Assembly (NCBI GenBank): GCA_038496445.1
Contig: JALMLS010000143.1
Location: 124,001-188,000 of the forward strand
DNA length: 64,000 bases
Source: Trichosphaerium sp. ATCC 40318
Taxonomy: Eukaryota > Protista > Tubulinea
Direction: 5' to 3'
Shown here: positions 24,380 to 37,364 of the stretch, piece after piece
How positions within the stretch are numbered: the stretch's first letter is position 1
How the letters are laid out: the number at the start of each line of letters is the position of its first letter
Notes under the pieces: generated by a model
Databases searched by the model: none
Told to the model about the DNA's origin: nothing
What the model saw: only the letters and a program-made list of their open reading frames with translations
Translations under genes and position numbers: made by a program

Positions 24380-26508
24380 ATGGAGAAACAAGAGGAGTCT
24401 CTGTCGCTAAAAGGTAAGAAATACGTGTCTAACTAAATATTAACGAGAGATAGTAATGCGGCTGTCCAAACCCAAGTTCAGGCTACGATTTCCTATCTCT
24501 GTTGAGCCACGTGAGTTGGCTGGGGAGTTGATGAACCAAAATGACGCAAAAAGCGCAAAAACCGTGGTAGGCGATGACGTCACGGCGTCATTTGGGTTGT
24601 CACAATATTTGGTGCTGCCAGAAACGTTCGGCGACATTTACCTTGGAGAGACATTTAGATGCTTCATTTCATTACACAACGACTCTTCAAGAGTTGTAAA
24701 GGACGTTTGCATCAAGGTATGGTCATTTAAACCTCTACTGGAACTACCACATCCACATTCAAAAACCGTTACAGTATTTGTAATGGTCAAAAATACTCAT
24801 TTGATTTGTTCAGGGCGAGTTACAGACAGCTTCAAAGCGATTTCCTCTGTTTGACAACTGGAAGGAGCCAGTTGAGCAATTTGCTGCTGGTGCTTCGTCA
24901 TCTTACACTATCGAACATAAAGTAGCTGAACGTGGCATACACATGTACGTACTTCATCTGCAATTATAAGTCTGAATGAAACTTTTTTTTGACTAAGTAA
25001 TTAAATAGATTAGTTTGTACAACACAATACACGCTACTACATGATGACGGGCGTCAAGAGAAAAGAACCTTTCAGAAATATTATAAATTCCAAGTCACAA
25101 CGCATTTTGCTCTAGAGACTAACGTCCACGCATTATCGGTATGTTACATGAACCACATACATGTATTATTATTGACAAATAATTCTTCTGACTTTTTTTT
25201 TTAGAATGGCTTTGTTGTAGCTGTTCATTTGTATAATACTGCCCAAGTACCACTATTAATATCATCAATTGAGCTCGATCCTGTAAAATATTATGATGTC
25301 ATTGATTTGAATCCTAAACACAAGGATATAATAGAGGAGGATAAAGTGTGGTACGAACATCTTTATTTTTTGCTCTTTTTTCAAGAAAAAGCAAAAGCAC
25401 TTTCGAAATCTAGAACGAAAAATATCTTCTGAACTTTGGCCTTTTTTTTTATCATTTCCTTACCGGAAAGTATCTTTTCGAGTTTTGTTAAATCGACCAA
25501 ACCAGTTTAAAAATTCTTTCTATAACTAATGGATACGGCCATACAACCATGAAAACTCCGTGTCTCTTTCCGAACCGCGAAGATAAGCATGGTATGGCCC
25601 TGCCAGTACTTGGGTCCGTGAGGACCAGGGAACGTAGGGTGCTGTATTCATTTTGCTTTTTTTTGTTCTCTATTGTTGTAGACTCATTATTTGTTAGTAT
25701 TGACTGGCAGAATATGATGTATATTAATGCTAGAGCTTACAGACAATTTCTTTTCAAGCTTACATTCAAAGATGCAACAGATCCTCAAGTCAAAGTGAGC
25801 TTTTGTCTTTAAATGTTTTTCACAATTGACATCTTTTTAAGAAAGCTGCTGTACTAGGTAAGTTAAGGATAGGCTGGAGTTCAGCAATGGGTGAGAATGG
25901 TATGCAAGAAGAGACGCTTCATCAAGTTGTACGCCTTGTATTTGTTGTTTTCGACCAAGTTTGGATTGTTTTCAATTTTGAGCATTTTTTTTGGTTTGTT
26001 TGTTGCTTATTGCCTTGTATTTTATAGCTTCCATATCATCGTATGGTGTCATTGCTTGTTAGTGATATTACAGGGGATGTTAAAGTAGATGTTCCATTTT
26101 CTGCAAAATTTTCAATTGTCAACAAAACAAAGTCGAAAATACGGCCCTTGATTGAATTTTCAGCACGTCTATCACAAATAAAAATTATAGGACTGTCTGG
26201 AAAGGTACACGAAGCATAAAATTTGTTCACGTGGAAGCAAGAATAGTTCGACAAAAACAGTTGCTTTTCAGTTGTTTTTTTCGAAGCATTTTTGTTGATA
26301 TTTTCTCCTCATCGATGTGCTCCTTCTGACCTTGTTTTTCCCTTTGTAGGTTCTTTCAGAGATTTCGCCTGGTAAATCTGGTAGCATTACACTAAAAATG
26401 ATTGCATTGAAGACAGGGATACAAACATTATCTGGCATCAGTATAAAAGATAAAAACTCAACAAATGTTCACAAGTTTACAAACATTTTGCAAATACTAG
26501 TTGCCTAG
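24380..26508 (+). CDS. TRAPPC13: Trafficking protein particle complex subunit 13
   Basis: LSLKVMRLSKP, LVLPETFGDIYLGETFRCFISLHN, GIHILVC, FQKYYKFQV, LGKLRIGWSSAMGENG, GIQTLSGISIKD. Confidence 0.92.
25531..25649 (+). rRNA. 5S rRNA gene inside a TRAPPC13 intron
   Basis: 119 nt GGATACGGCCATAC...CCGAAC..CGAAGATAAGC...AGTACTTGG...GGGAA...GCTGTATTC. Helices pair: GGATACGGC/GCTGTATTC, ACCATG/CATGGT, GGTCC-GTGA-GGACC, CCCTGC/GTAGGG. Confidence 0.95.
25651..25663 (+). terminator. Pol III oligo-T terminator of the 5S gene
   Basis: TTTT-GC-TTTTTTT immediately after the 5S 3' end. Confidence 0.75.
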
Positions 26509-27059
26509 CTAGTATAATGACGTTCACTTTTGGAAATACCAAGCAACGTTACTTCACAGACTGTAACCAAACCAAAAAACATTGTAAGACTAAAAAAAAC
26601 CTTTACTTTTCAGTACAACTCTGGCTTTTTTTTCAGTCACTACATGCTTTTTGTTATCCAAACTGCTCTCATATATTTTAAAATGCATATTTCTATACAT
26701 AGAGTGGTTGGAAGCAATATATTGAGTTAAGATATCTACATTTTAGCGGATCCAGGTCGTATTAGCTTGTGCCAGTGGTGACGTTTTTTTTTGACAATTT
26801 GAGCCAATCTTTTTAGGCCGTGTCACGTGATCTTTTTTTTTTCTGTCTCAAACCACTTTTTATTACTTTCCACGCGTAGAAATAGTCAGAACTTGAGGTA
26901 CAACATATTTTTCCTTAATTTTGTGTATCCTTTTGGAACATCTAAGTATGAGTTTCTTGGTATTCCTTTAAACACCAGGTTGCGTTAGTCAAAAAAGAGT
27001 CAAAAGTCTCTGAGATACTTTCTTTTTGAAGAAAATTTTATATTTTTAAAATACTCACA

Positions 27060-28510
27060 ATGGCGGAAGCTACTACTACCAATGAAAGCCCGTCTGATAT
27101 AGAATGCTTCGTGTGTCCTATATTAATGACGGTAATGGAGTCACCAGTGATAACACCATCAGGAAAGTCATATGAGCGTCGGGGGATAGAAGACTGGCTA
27201 AAAGACCACAATACGGATCCTCTAACTCGTCAACCGCTTAAAAAGGATGATTTGATCCCAAACCTTAATCTACGAGATGCAATAGCCACGTGGAAGTTAT
27301 TAGACATGGAATGGAAGCAAAAATCAATCAAGCTCGGAGAGATGTTAAAAAAACGACAGAAGGAAGTTACCAGCAAAAAGAAGCTACAGCCAACAGACAA
27401 TTACCTGCAGTTCAGAACGCTCGTTAATCTGGCAAAGGAGGGTCGTCGTACTGAGCATAAATTCGAACGTTTGAAGGAGCAAATTCCAACCCGAATCACA
27501 GGGTCGCTGAGGTCAAGTATCGAAGCTGCTTTGTTAGCAATAACTCGAAATGACGGAGAACTTGCCACATCCATTTTGGAGCCACTTGTGAAGGATGTAC
27601 GGAGGTTTTAGTTTTTACCACCTTTTCGTAATAACCTATGTATAGATGCCAGATGATGATTGGCTCAGAGTAAAGCTAGGACTTGGTTACCAAAAGATTG
27701 GAAGCAGAACTTTTGATACAACATTCTTAGAAAAAGCTATCGAGGAATTCACTAAAGCTGTCGAGACCAACAAGTCCAACGCTGAGGCACATGATAGATG
27801 GGGTTGGACTCTTAGTAGATTTGTACGAATACGTGGGGCAGACAATAGCGGAAGTATGTCAAAGGAAGCTATTGAACACTACAAAGCGGCATTGAGAATT
27901 GATCCGGAACATGAAGAAGCACTGTTTCATTATGGCGTCGGTTTGAGGGATATCAAAAAAACACGTGAAGCAGTAGCTATATTCAAGCGAGTCACAAAGA
28001 AACAAATGTTTAGAGCTGATGCTTATAAACATCTTGGGCAGATGGCAAAGCATGATAAGGACTATGAACAGGCAATATCATACTTCGATGAGGCTATTAA
28101 CGCTGAACCTGAGTGTGAGATATACCATTTTATGAAAGGAAAGTGTTACTTGGATTGGACACGTGTTATGGATAAAAACTCTAAGAAGCAATACCTATTT
28201 CGAAATGCAAAAGATTGCTTTGAGAAGAGTATGAAACTTAATAGCAGGTAAAGTGTCAACAGTTTTCAAATACTCACAAGTTGTGAAAATCGTTATTTTT
28301 CTTGTTTTTTTCCTTCACTGACAGTTTTGCAATAGTTACCATGAACCTTATGTCGACTATGGGTTTTGTCTCACCAAAATTGGTCCACAGAACTATGACA
28401 AAGCGAGAGAATACTACGAAAGAGCTTTAAAAATTGATCCCATGAACAAACGTGCTCTACGCTCCCTCAAATGGTTAGATAATCGACGCCCAAGGAGCTG
28501 CCGATACTAA
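27060..28510 (+). CDS. U-box + TPR protein (putative E3 ligase), 3 exons
   Basis: FVCPILMTVMESPVITPSGKSYERRGIEDWL..TDPLTRQPL..LIPNLNLRDAI, followed by several TPRs (AIEHYKAALRIDP, AISYFDEAINAEP, YYERALKIDP). Confidence 0.92.
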
Positions 28511-29166
28511 TAAACAAGGAACTCCTTACACTTCAAGTATAAACTGCCGTTATAACAGCATGGCTGTTTAGAGACCTTGTTACCTAGAATAAAAGCTAAT
28601 CGTCATTTTTCTTCAGCGTATTTGCCAAAAAAGCAGTAATTCTCAGTGAACCTTTTCGTCAAGTTTTCACGTGGGTAAATTAAACAAAGGGACAATGGGC
28701 TGGATGAGAAACGCGTTTTAGACAGTTTACGAATAAATGCGTTCTAACTTAGAGATTCCTCTATTTCCTGTTTACTACCACGTGATCTATTACAACTACC
28801 AAAATTTACTAGGGTACCGTCACCTGTCGTACAATTTGTAGTTTCATGAACTACGAAAATTGTACATGACGCCATTTGTAGAATCAGTTAAAAGGGTATA
28901 GGTAGCGAAGGCGTCTCCAAAGCAACCATACGAACAGGGAGTTGTGGTAGCCCGGCTAAATATTATACCTAGTGCACGACCAATTTGTGCTGTTCATTGA
29001 AAGGATTTTTGTCAATTACTGTTACACCAACGTGAGCTGAGCTACATCACTTGATTATGTAACTCAGTGTTTATAATTTTCGTTCGTATATACGTGTAAT
29101 GGCGCAATATAGTAGTTCACAATTCATTGCTTGATGTGATATCAAACAAAAAAATATTAAACAAGG

Positions 29167-29541
29167 ATGGCAACGAAAACAAGGAACGCAAATCCAATGA
29201 GAAAACACGTCTGCAGATGGCGATGCAAGAAGTTTATTGCCTCAAGAAACACGGCCAATTTTTCCCTTCACTCAACTTTCCATATTGCCGCAACGTGGTC
29301 GCACAACAATGTAGAAGATTTCGAAGTGAAAAAGAATAAGAAAACTTCAAAAACTGCAGAATCAAACCCGTCTTTATTGTCAAGTGGCATTAAGAAGCGA
29401 AGGACGCAAGGGCAACGTAAAGCACAACCGACTACAGCACATCTTTATTTCTCCTTTCCGAAGGGAAATATTATTCAAAGCCTACAGCCCAAAACACGGA
29501 GAACATTGTCAAAGATGGACATGTTGTTCCTAATGAACTAG
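29167..29541 (+). CDS. Small basic protein ending in KMDMLFLMN
   Basis: 124-aa intronless ATG ORF followed by AATAAA. Confidence 0.55.
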   Translation: MATKTRNANPMRKHVCRWRCKKFIASRNTANFSLHSTFHIAATWSHNNVEDFEVKKNKKTSKTAESNPSLLSSGIKKRRTQGQRKAQPTTAHLYFSFPKGNIIQSLQPKTRRTLSKMDMLFLMN

Positions 29542-30151
29542 AAAAGAAAGAAACAAAGAAATATCTTGTACAATAATAAAAGTTATTTATACACGTGTGG
29601 GCCTCTCTATCTTGCAACATTCTTTACCCATGCGTTGGTTGTTAACATAACGATCATCTTAATAATTTTGGGTACTCTAAACTTCAATCACTGCTAACAC
29701 GATATTAATACTAGGGTAAAGCTAGAACGTGTTTCGGACTATAACCTTATTTATTGATTACTAGCCTCCTACTGAGCGCCATGGATGTATTCTCAATATG
29801 TTCAGCACTAGGGCTACCATGTTTGAAGCTACAGTGATGCAAGTGCCGGCACATGCTTTATTCCTTTTGGCACCAAAAGCAAAATTAAGTCGAAACTGCT
29901 TGCTTTGTTATGCGCCAGATGTGGCACTCTCGGCAGATACCAAGAGTTAAACGAACTATGTATCTCAGAAAGTGCATATTTTTTTGTAAACAAAATCTTG
30001 AAAGAACTACCAGAAGTTGAAGATCTGACAAATAAACACAAAAACAGCAAAAAGTTGTACAAACTTGAATGATAAGTACAATAGAAGTCACGTGTGGGAG
30101 GTTTTTTGGTCAAAAACAGTCACCGAAAAGTCTGTAGAAAACTACACAGAA

Positions 30152-31108
30152 ATGGCATCGAAGCGTACTCCTCCTTCTCCGGAATGTACTTACAGCGCAA
30201 AGTTATTTTCACTGCCTCTCGAGATACTCTCAAATATTATTGTGAGTAACAACCTCTCGTGGCAAGATTTAGCTTCACTACAACAATCAAACCACTTTCT
30301 AAACGAAATGATTCGAACCGACGAAGAATACATCTACAAACGGTTGTACCATCAGAAATGGGGTACCGACGCCGAAAAAATAGAGACTCTAGTCCACGAC
30401 ATAATAGAGGAGAAGCTTAAGAAAAATTTATACGATGGATACTCGCCACTGACAACGACTTTCAAAATGCCACCGACTTCGTATAATGTTGATGCTAGCA
30501 CGTGGAAAGAGAAGTATAAAAATAGACTTGTTCCTAATATTGTATCAGAGCTGACTAGCGATAAGACAAATATTCATAAAGGAGAGACAGTAACATTCAA
30601 GCTCGTACTTGAGAATATTGGTAAAAATGAAGAAACTATTTTTCTTGGTCACGGTGTTAGTATTGATGAATGTTCTGTTATTGAAGGCGGAAGTGCTTTA
30701 TATATATGGAAACCTACTGTCAGTGATCCACGTAGTTATCTCAATAACAAAAAGGATTTTTTTGGAACAAGTTACTGTTTGCCTAATACAAGAATGCAAG
30801 ATTTTTCAGCCATTTTGAAGCCAGGAGAAAAAAAAAAGTTTGAAATACCTTTCTTGTTTAATATTGCCAAAGCACCCATACAACTGGCTTGTATGCCTTT
30901 AAATAGGAATACGGGTATCTTTTCTCTTCAAGGAAAAGATTATCACACTCATGTTGCAGATGCTAACACACCTGATGTGTTTCCACTTCAAGTATTTTTT
31001 CAGGTAAAAACCTATAAAGCAAGGTACATTATGGCCTATGAAGAAGTTTATGGACACTCTGCGTTGATACATAGCAACATTGTAAATCTTAAAATGTACA
31101 AGTCATAA
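30152..31108 (+). CDS. Intronless F-box protein with beta-sandwich-like C-terminus
   Basis: LFSLPLEILSNII..LSWQDLASLQQSNHFLN..YIYKRLY; WKEKYK; LTSDKTNIHKGETVTFKLVLENIG...LKPGEKKKF. The likely ATG is the MASKR start. Confidence 0.8.
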   Translation: MASKRTPPSPECTYSAKLFSLPLEILSNIIVSNNLSWQDLASLQQSNHFLNEMIRTDEEYIYKRLYHQKWGTDAEKIETLVHDIIEEKLKKNLYDGYSPLTTTFKMPPTSYNVDASTWKEKYKNRLVPNIVSELTSDKTNIHKGETVTFKLVLENIGKNEETIFLGHGVSIDECSVIEGGSALYIWKPTVSDPRSYLNNKKDFFGTSYCLPNTRMQDFSAILKPGEKKKFEIPFLFNIAKAPIQLACMPLNRNTGIFSLQGKDYHTHVADANTPDVFPLQVFFQVKTYKARYIMAYEEVYGHSALIHSNIVNLKMYKS

Positions 31109-31488
31109 ATAGATTACATTTTTAAGGGGCGTTATTTTGTATACGTGTACCTTAACAACATATTGTGATGTAAAACTTAATAAAGAATTTTCTTGTGATA
31201 CTTTGCTAGCCATTGTCACTGTTTTTTAGCTGTTTTTTACCGGCGCACGCAATTATCGAACAGGTCTGATGGTATAGAATCGGGGTAAGGCGTGAAGAAT
31301 AAGACACGTATATTTTCAATGTAGTCAATGATTGGTTTCTGAATACAATTGGGTCTTCGGCTTAGCACAGCAATTCAGCGGGTTGTTTTGCACTTGAAAC
31401 AGTTTTATCCATACTGGATATCTAATGAAACAGCTGATGTTAAGTAGTAATGTCCGTACTGCAGTGATAAAGGTCTTTATTATTGTTA

Positions 31489-34400
31489 TTACAAGTTGGA
31501 GTTAGAAGCATCTGTGAAGCTTGAACTAACACCTGTATTCTTAGAAAAGAATGATTTAGCATTAAGAATAGCTCCAAAAGTTGTTTTATGTAAGAATAAA
31601 ACATTTATTGTGATGACTAGCAAAGCACATTAGCCTGGGTTCAACAAATAAAGAATGAACAAATGACGTACATGCACCAAGGTTAATGAGTGAAGCTATG
31701 ATTGCAAACATTGCAAATCTTTCTATGCTTGCAACTGCAACAGCGAAACATAGGCATGCAAAGAAAGTGACGTTGTATACAACAAAGAAAATAACACGTG
31801 ATTCATTAAAAACCTTAATTGGTATCTTTCTTATTCTAAAAGCCAAAATACTGCAAGTCAAAAGCAACAATCCCTTAGTACACGAGTTAGATTTAATCCA
31901 AGTGTCGTCTTTTAAACTAACTGACGTACGTTTGCAGCAGCAATGATATTTCTGATAATCAAAAATCCCGTAGTTGTAGAGCACTTGTAATAGTTATTGC
32001 TAATTCTTATTGAGTCAATAACAACGAGAGTTTGTTTTGATTGGTGAACAATTGTCTATGAACTAACATCAGAGAGAACGCACATACGATAATACTAAGC
32101 TACGTACAAGAACAGAAAGACATATAATATGACAACCGACAATGATAGCGACCCACATGAAAACAACAGTACCAGATATTTTAAAGACATCTGTTGACTT
32201 GTTCGAAAACAATCTTTCCAACCGAAGTGTCTTTGCAAAAATAGGTCTGTGGAGAACCAGTAAGTACTCAATTAACAACTAGTTTTAAAGTTATACACAT
32301 ACGCAAACAGAAGTAGAAACCCGATGTCAAGAATCCAAGGTTGAATGACACATGATGCATCAGTAAAAACATTTGGCATTAAGGTGAAGACACTTCCAGC
32401 AAGGATACAAGCGCCCAACAAACTAATTCCCATGAACACAGGGGAAGATGCCTATCCAGTAGTTATGCATGAGTGGCGGGGTATGTTATTCTAGTACCTT
32501 TACGGCCCGTTGCTTGATGTTGAGAACCAAGAATATAGCCCAACCGATGTACACCACAATAAAGAGGCAAGACATTACAGTAACGGCAAGTTCTGTCCAA
32601 TGACCTTGAGATACATTCAATATTTGGCTTATTCAATCCGTATCAAGTCCGTACCATATTGAGGATCAAAGATACGTTCTTTCCATGTAGGCATTGGATA
32701 GATTAAGTCCTTGTTTTGAGTGTCACTTGGTCCTAATTACAACTAACTGAGCAAGAACGGTGCTACTAAAAGTCTTACCAACAATTTCGAGAGCACCACG
32801 TGTTTGGATTTGTACATGCAACCAGTCTTTCTGTTGTTCTCTTGTAGAACTCCAAGAGTACAATCCGTTAAGTGTATCAAGCTTTGTTCTTAGTATGATA
32901 TCATAGAGAATGTCATCAACCTTTGGAAAAAAGTAAGAAAAAAGTTACATTTGCAAACCACTTACACTTTGGACATCACATCCAGTGCTATTAGAAGTTG
33001 TAACCAGTTTATTGTCAGAATTCATCTATAGCAATGCGTTAAGTAGAATGGGTGAAAAATCGTGTTCACTGTACCATGAGGTTCGTTGGATTGTTGGCAA
33101 TAGCAGTTTTTACTGCGTTGTAGATTACAGAGTATAGACCAGCGAAACTTGCTGTGAAAAGTGAAAAGTCTACCTCACCTGCATCTCTGAGACGTTCCCT
33201 GAAGTTACTCCAGTTACCAAAGGTGCCAGGAGGGTAAGTAATATCATCATTGTGCTGTAAACAAAAGGTAAGAAAAGGCGAAGGAAGTGGAGAAACAAAA
33301 ACTTACTTGTGCGACAGAGCTCGTGTAATGGTACAAACTTTGATCAAAGACATCCGTGAACAATGATATAGCCTCACCAATGGCAAGATATCTAGGCGTA
33401 TAATCGTCTTCTTTGAGAGTTTCAAGAACTTGACCAGCACTGTCAAGCAACAAATGACAAAAGAACCTAAAACTCAAAGTAAGAATGAAGATAATGTATC
33501 CTTTGGAAAACTCACCATGCGTCAGGATCTAGAGCAGCTGCTGCACGTGCATTAGCTGAATGATTTCTTTTAACTTCTTCAGGGAAATCACGGTGATCTT
33601 GAGCAGAACCAGCTGGTGAAGCCTGAGCTGGACCTAGAGTAGACACATTAGTACAATATATCAAATCAGGAAAACTGATCAATTTTGCGTTCATGCGACG
33701 TACTGTCCATCATAATATACTCTCCTACAACTTCCATACCAGCTAAACGTAATGCCAATCTAAACTCGGCGTTCTTACATCTACAGAAGGATTTTTCGTT
33801 AGATTACTTTGTGAGAAACAAAAAAGGCTGTCCAATCCATACCTTGGACTGAGAAAATCACGAGGACTTCCGCTATAAAATAAAGCAACAGTTTTCGCTC
33901 CAGCAACACGTAAACTTTGTATAGCAGTTTTATGAGAGTTATCAGTACTAGGACCTGCGCTAAGAGCGTAACTAGAGCTCTTTGCAAATACATTAAAAAG
34001 ATTACCAATCGACACTGTAAAAAACAGAATTAGACAACAGCACAAACGACATAGTGATCTATGAGCGACCTTACAAATTCGGAAAAAAAGATAAAAAAGA
34101 AATCAATAAAAAACTCGGTCTCACTCTCAAACGACTCGGAAACGTACGCAATAGCCTCTTGCGGCTATCAGCTGAAGCAATAGTCTGAAAGGTAGCTACA
34201 AAACTGCTCGGGTTGACCACAATTGTTGTTTTTGGGTCATCGAATAGCTCTTCGTAAATGCCTGCAACAATAGTGCTGTTTTCTGTCAAATCCTGGCGTG
34301 CATCGAAATGAAATCCTATTTTTTCTCCATTGAGGTCAAGATATAGGTCTTCCTCTTCAATTATCTGTTCTATTAGGTCTATTGTACGTCTACACTGGTT

Positions 34401-34675
34401 TAGAATACAAACAAGCCAAAAAAAGACGTCAAAACTTCGCGCAAAGTACCGAAGTTCCTCGGTACGTACAATATCGGTAGAGTGTTTATTTCAAACAGAG
34501 TAGCACTTAGCACAGTGCCTATAAACATTTAACGTTAGAATACGCGTTTTTGAACGAGATTCGACGACAAAAAAGGTGCAAGCGTACCTATTGTTATATT
34601 ACGTTGTGCATTAATAGATACTACTGAAACAGAAACAAAAAGTAACACCAACACGAGGTGATGTGACAATGACAT
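31489..34675 (-). CDS. Family C (GABA-B-like) GPCR with periplasmic-binding-type ectodomain
   Basis: Signal peptide MSLSHHLVLVLLFVSVSVVS; 7TM_3 motifs ASSPVFM, PWILDIGFLLLFA, IFAKTLRL, LAFRIRKIPIKVFNESR. Exact 3' end uncertain. Confidence 0.88.
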
Positions 34676-35489
34676 TTTTTTGAAAGAATGGGATCCAAAA
34701 AAAGAAGGTGAAGCCTGTTTAGGTTTTCGGCGTTGTAGACTCTGTGTTTGCTATTAATATCAAGGTGAAGAGCTTGTGTTGACCTGTTGCAATAAGTACA
34801 ACAATGTATGTAAAGGCCCGAAAAGCCCAACTAGTACAGAACATCTTTTTTAAGGAGCTTACAAAGGCGTGGTAAACTACTGAAGATCAATAGTTCGTTT
34901 TGTGAGAAAAACTATGAAATGAGTTTTAAAAGAGCGATATACGCGTTTAATAGGCGCAATTTAGGCTCTGTACAGCGTTGTAGCCGAAGAAGGTTTTTTA
35001 CACGTATTTTTGTATGGTTTCGATCAAAGCCTATCTAGAAACTGTCTATGATTCTTTATACTGCGGTTGGAGCTATTATTCGTTGTTTCTTTTTTTTATT
35101 TTTTTAGGCTTGGTACCAAAGACTTGTCCAAAGCTGCGTGTAAGTAAACACTGCTACCAATGAACATATCTGGTCGACAAAAACAGAAATCCAACAAAGC
35201 TATTTTGGAATGTCTAAAATAGGACCCAACATGTAACTACTTAATGCGGCAGACTCTCAACAACAAGAAAACATAGCTCCTCTAGTAATCAAAGTTTCTA
35301 GAGTGTGACTAGTAGTCAGAATAGAACACGTGTATTCGCATGTTTTACTTTGCGGACAAAGGCAGTTTGAAGTCTGCCATAAAATAATTCACTTCTTTAA
35401 ACACTTTTTTATTACCAACTTTTGTTTTTGTTTTTTAGGCTAAGTGGCATGAACAAAACAAGCCAAAAAGTATACATACCTTGTTCAGA

Positions 35490-37364
35490 TTACAAGTACA
35501 ATACAGACCAAGTTAAAGCAATCAAGAAAAGAAAGCTTGTAGCACACAAACTAACCTCATTGCTCGTATTACTGCCGCTAGTAGGCGCCATCGTTGTTGG
35601 TGTGCTCACTGGAAATATTGGTGCTAAGGAAGATGGATTGTTTTGTGGCTCTGAAACAGGTGCCGTAGTTGATGGTGCTTCTGTACGAGGCGGTGGACAA
35701 GTGAATATGTTCAGAGATTCATTAGCAGCAATGAAGGATGTTGTTGTATTGCACCCGGCAGGTAAACTTCTTTCAGTTTGACTGACAACCTAAACGAATA
35801 ATTTAATTGCTATAACCATACTACATCCTGTGACTTACAAATGCAAAGCCACAGAACTGGTCTTGAAGCCAAGCTACTGTAGTTTGTTTAGGATCTTCGA
35901 AAGGATTGATTGGTAATGCACTGTCAACACGTGATGTAGTAGATGATAGTGCTGTTGTATAAGTTGTGTTGGTTCCGTTTGTGTAGGTTACAATGAATGC
36001 GCGTTCTGCTGACAGCGATGCAGTGATTGAAAACTGGCTTTGTGTGTCAGGTATTATCGTAGTTGTACCAATCTCTGTTACTGTTGAGTTTTCTTCACAT
36101 TTGACTTGGAATTGTATTACTTTTATATCACTACTAGCAGATGGCAGTTGTTCGTCATAAATTAACGCAAATTGTTTGGATATCGGATCATAAGCCAGGC
36201 TCATTGCATTTCCTGCTGTTCTACTTGCATTTACGAGAACATGTTTAAAAACAAACTATGAAGAAATGTCAGAATATGCAGGTTTTTTTTCTTTTTCTTG
36301 CGGTTGACATACTGTCTTGTTTCCTTTTAATGCTGATATTTCAATATTAGTTTCATCAGAGCCTTGATAAGCGGATACGATACACCCATTATCGCTGGCA
36401 GAAAGAGTACCAGAAAAAATTCCAGAATCAGTAACTGAATTCATGCACAACAAAGTTAGCTAAAGAAATGTTGACTTGTTTGATACGTACAGACACTATC
36501 ATCAGTAGTTATGTTCCTTGACACAGCATCCACATATATTGGAGAAGTTTTACTCATACCAAAGTTATTATTGACAACCACATATCTATTTGAAACTATG
36601 TTTCAATCAATTAGCACTATGGAACAACATCGTAATAAAAGCAATCAAAAAAGTATTTACATGAATCATATGTGAATCCATAATCTAAGGGAAAGGTCAC
36701 TTCGTTAGTTAATTCAATCGCATCTGATACCTGGAATGCCTATATACTCCGTTAATAGAGCAAAGAAATAAAGCATCCCGTTACAAAGTCGTAAGCAAGA
36801 GCACATTTCAACAAAAAAAAGCGACTATTTAACTTACCCCTGTTGCATTAGGACTTATGAACCCCATACGGCATTCTAGTGTCATAGATCGGTGGCAAGT
36901 AATATAAGCAAACTCATTGTTTCCATAAACAAGACCGAGAGTAGTAACACCACCAGGGATGCGGAACACATCCGCTGTATTTGAAGCAATGCCTACCAGT
37001 TTGTAAGAAAACCAATAATTAAAACAAGATCACTAAGTCGTACTCTGCTGTGTTCCAACTACCACTACTACACCATCGAATGCTTGAGAGAAAGGGTTTT
37101 TTATAGTGTTGTTTTTAACTCGTGATACGATGCATACTGTAGGACCGTTGCCTGCAATATCACCTGCTGCTACTTCAGGACGGAAAAGGCTTTCATTGTC
37201 TAGAAGCGTTTCAACGTTATCAAGTCCCCTAACATCACCCCATTTATTGGCATTCAACGTTCCATGAGCTATTAACACTTAGAGGGTACTGTTCTCAACA
37301 ATGGCGGGTACGTACTATTGAATACAATTAAAACTAATAAAAGAATACAACTAGAAGTATGCAT
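35490..37364 (-). CDS. Secreted or GPI-anchored beta-rich surface protein with S/T/P-rich stalk
   Basis: Hydrophobic N-terminus MHTSSCILLLVLIVF; C-terminal CPPPRTEAPSTTAP...PTTMAPTSGS then hydrophobic tail SFLFLIALTWSVLYL*. Confidence 0.65.

Noticed and set aside
25549-25812. 87-aa ORF MKTPCLFPNR...
   Set aside because: Read-through of the 5S gene and intron into a TRAPPC13 exon.
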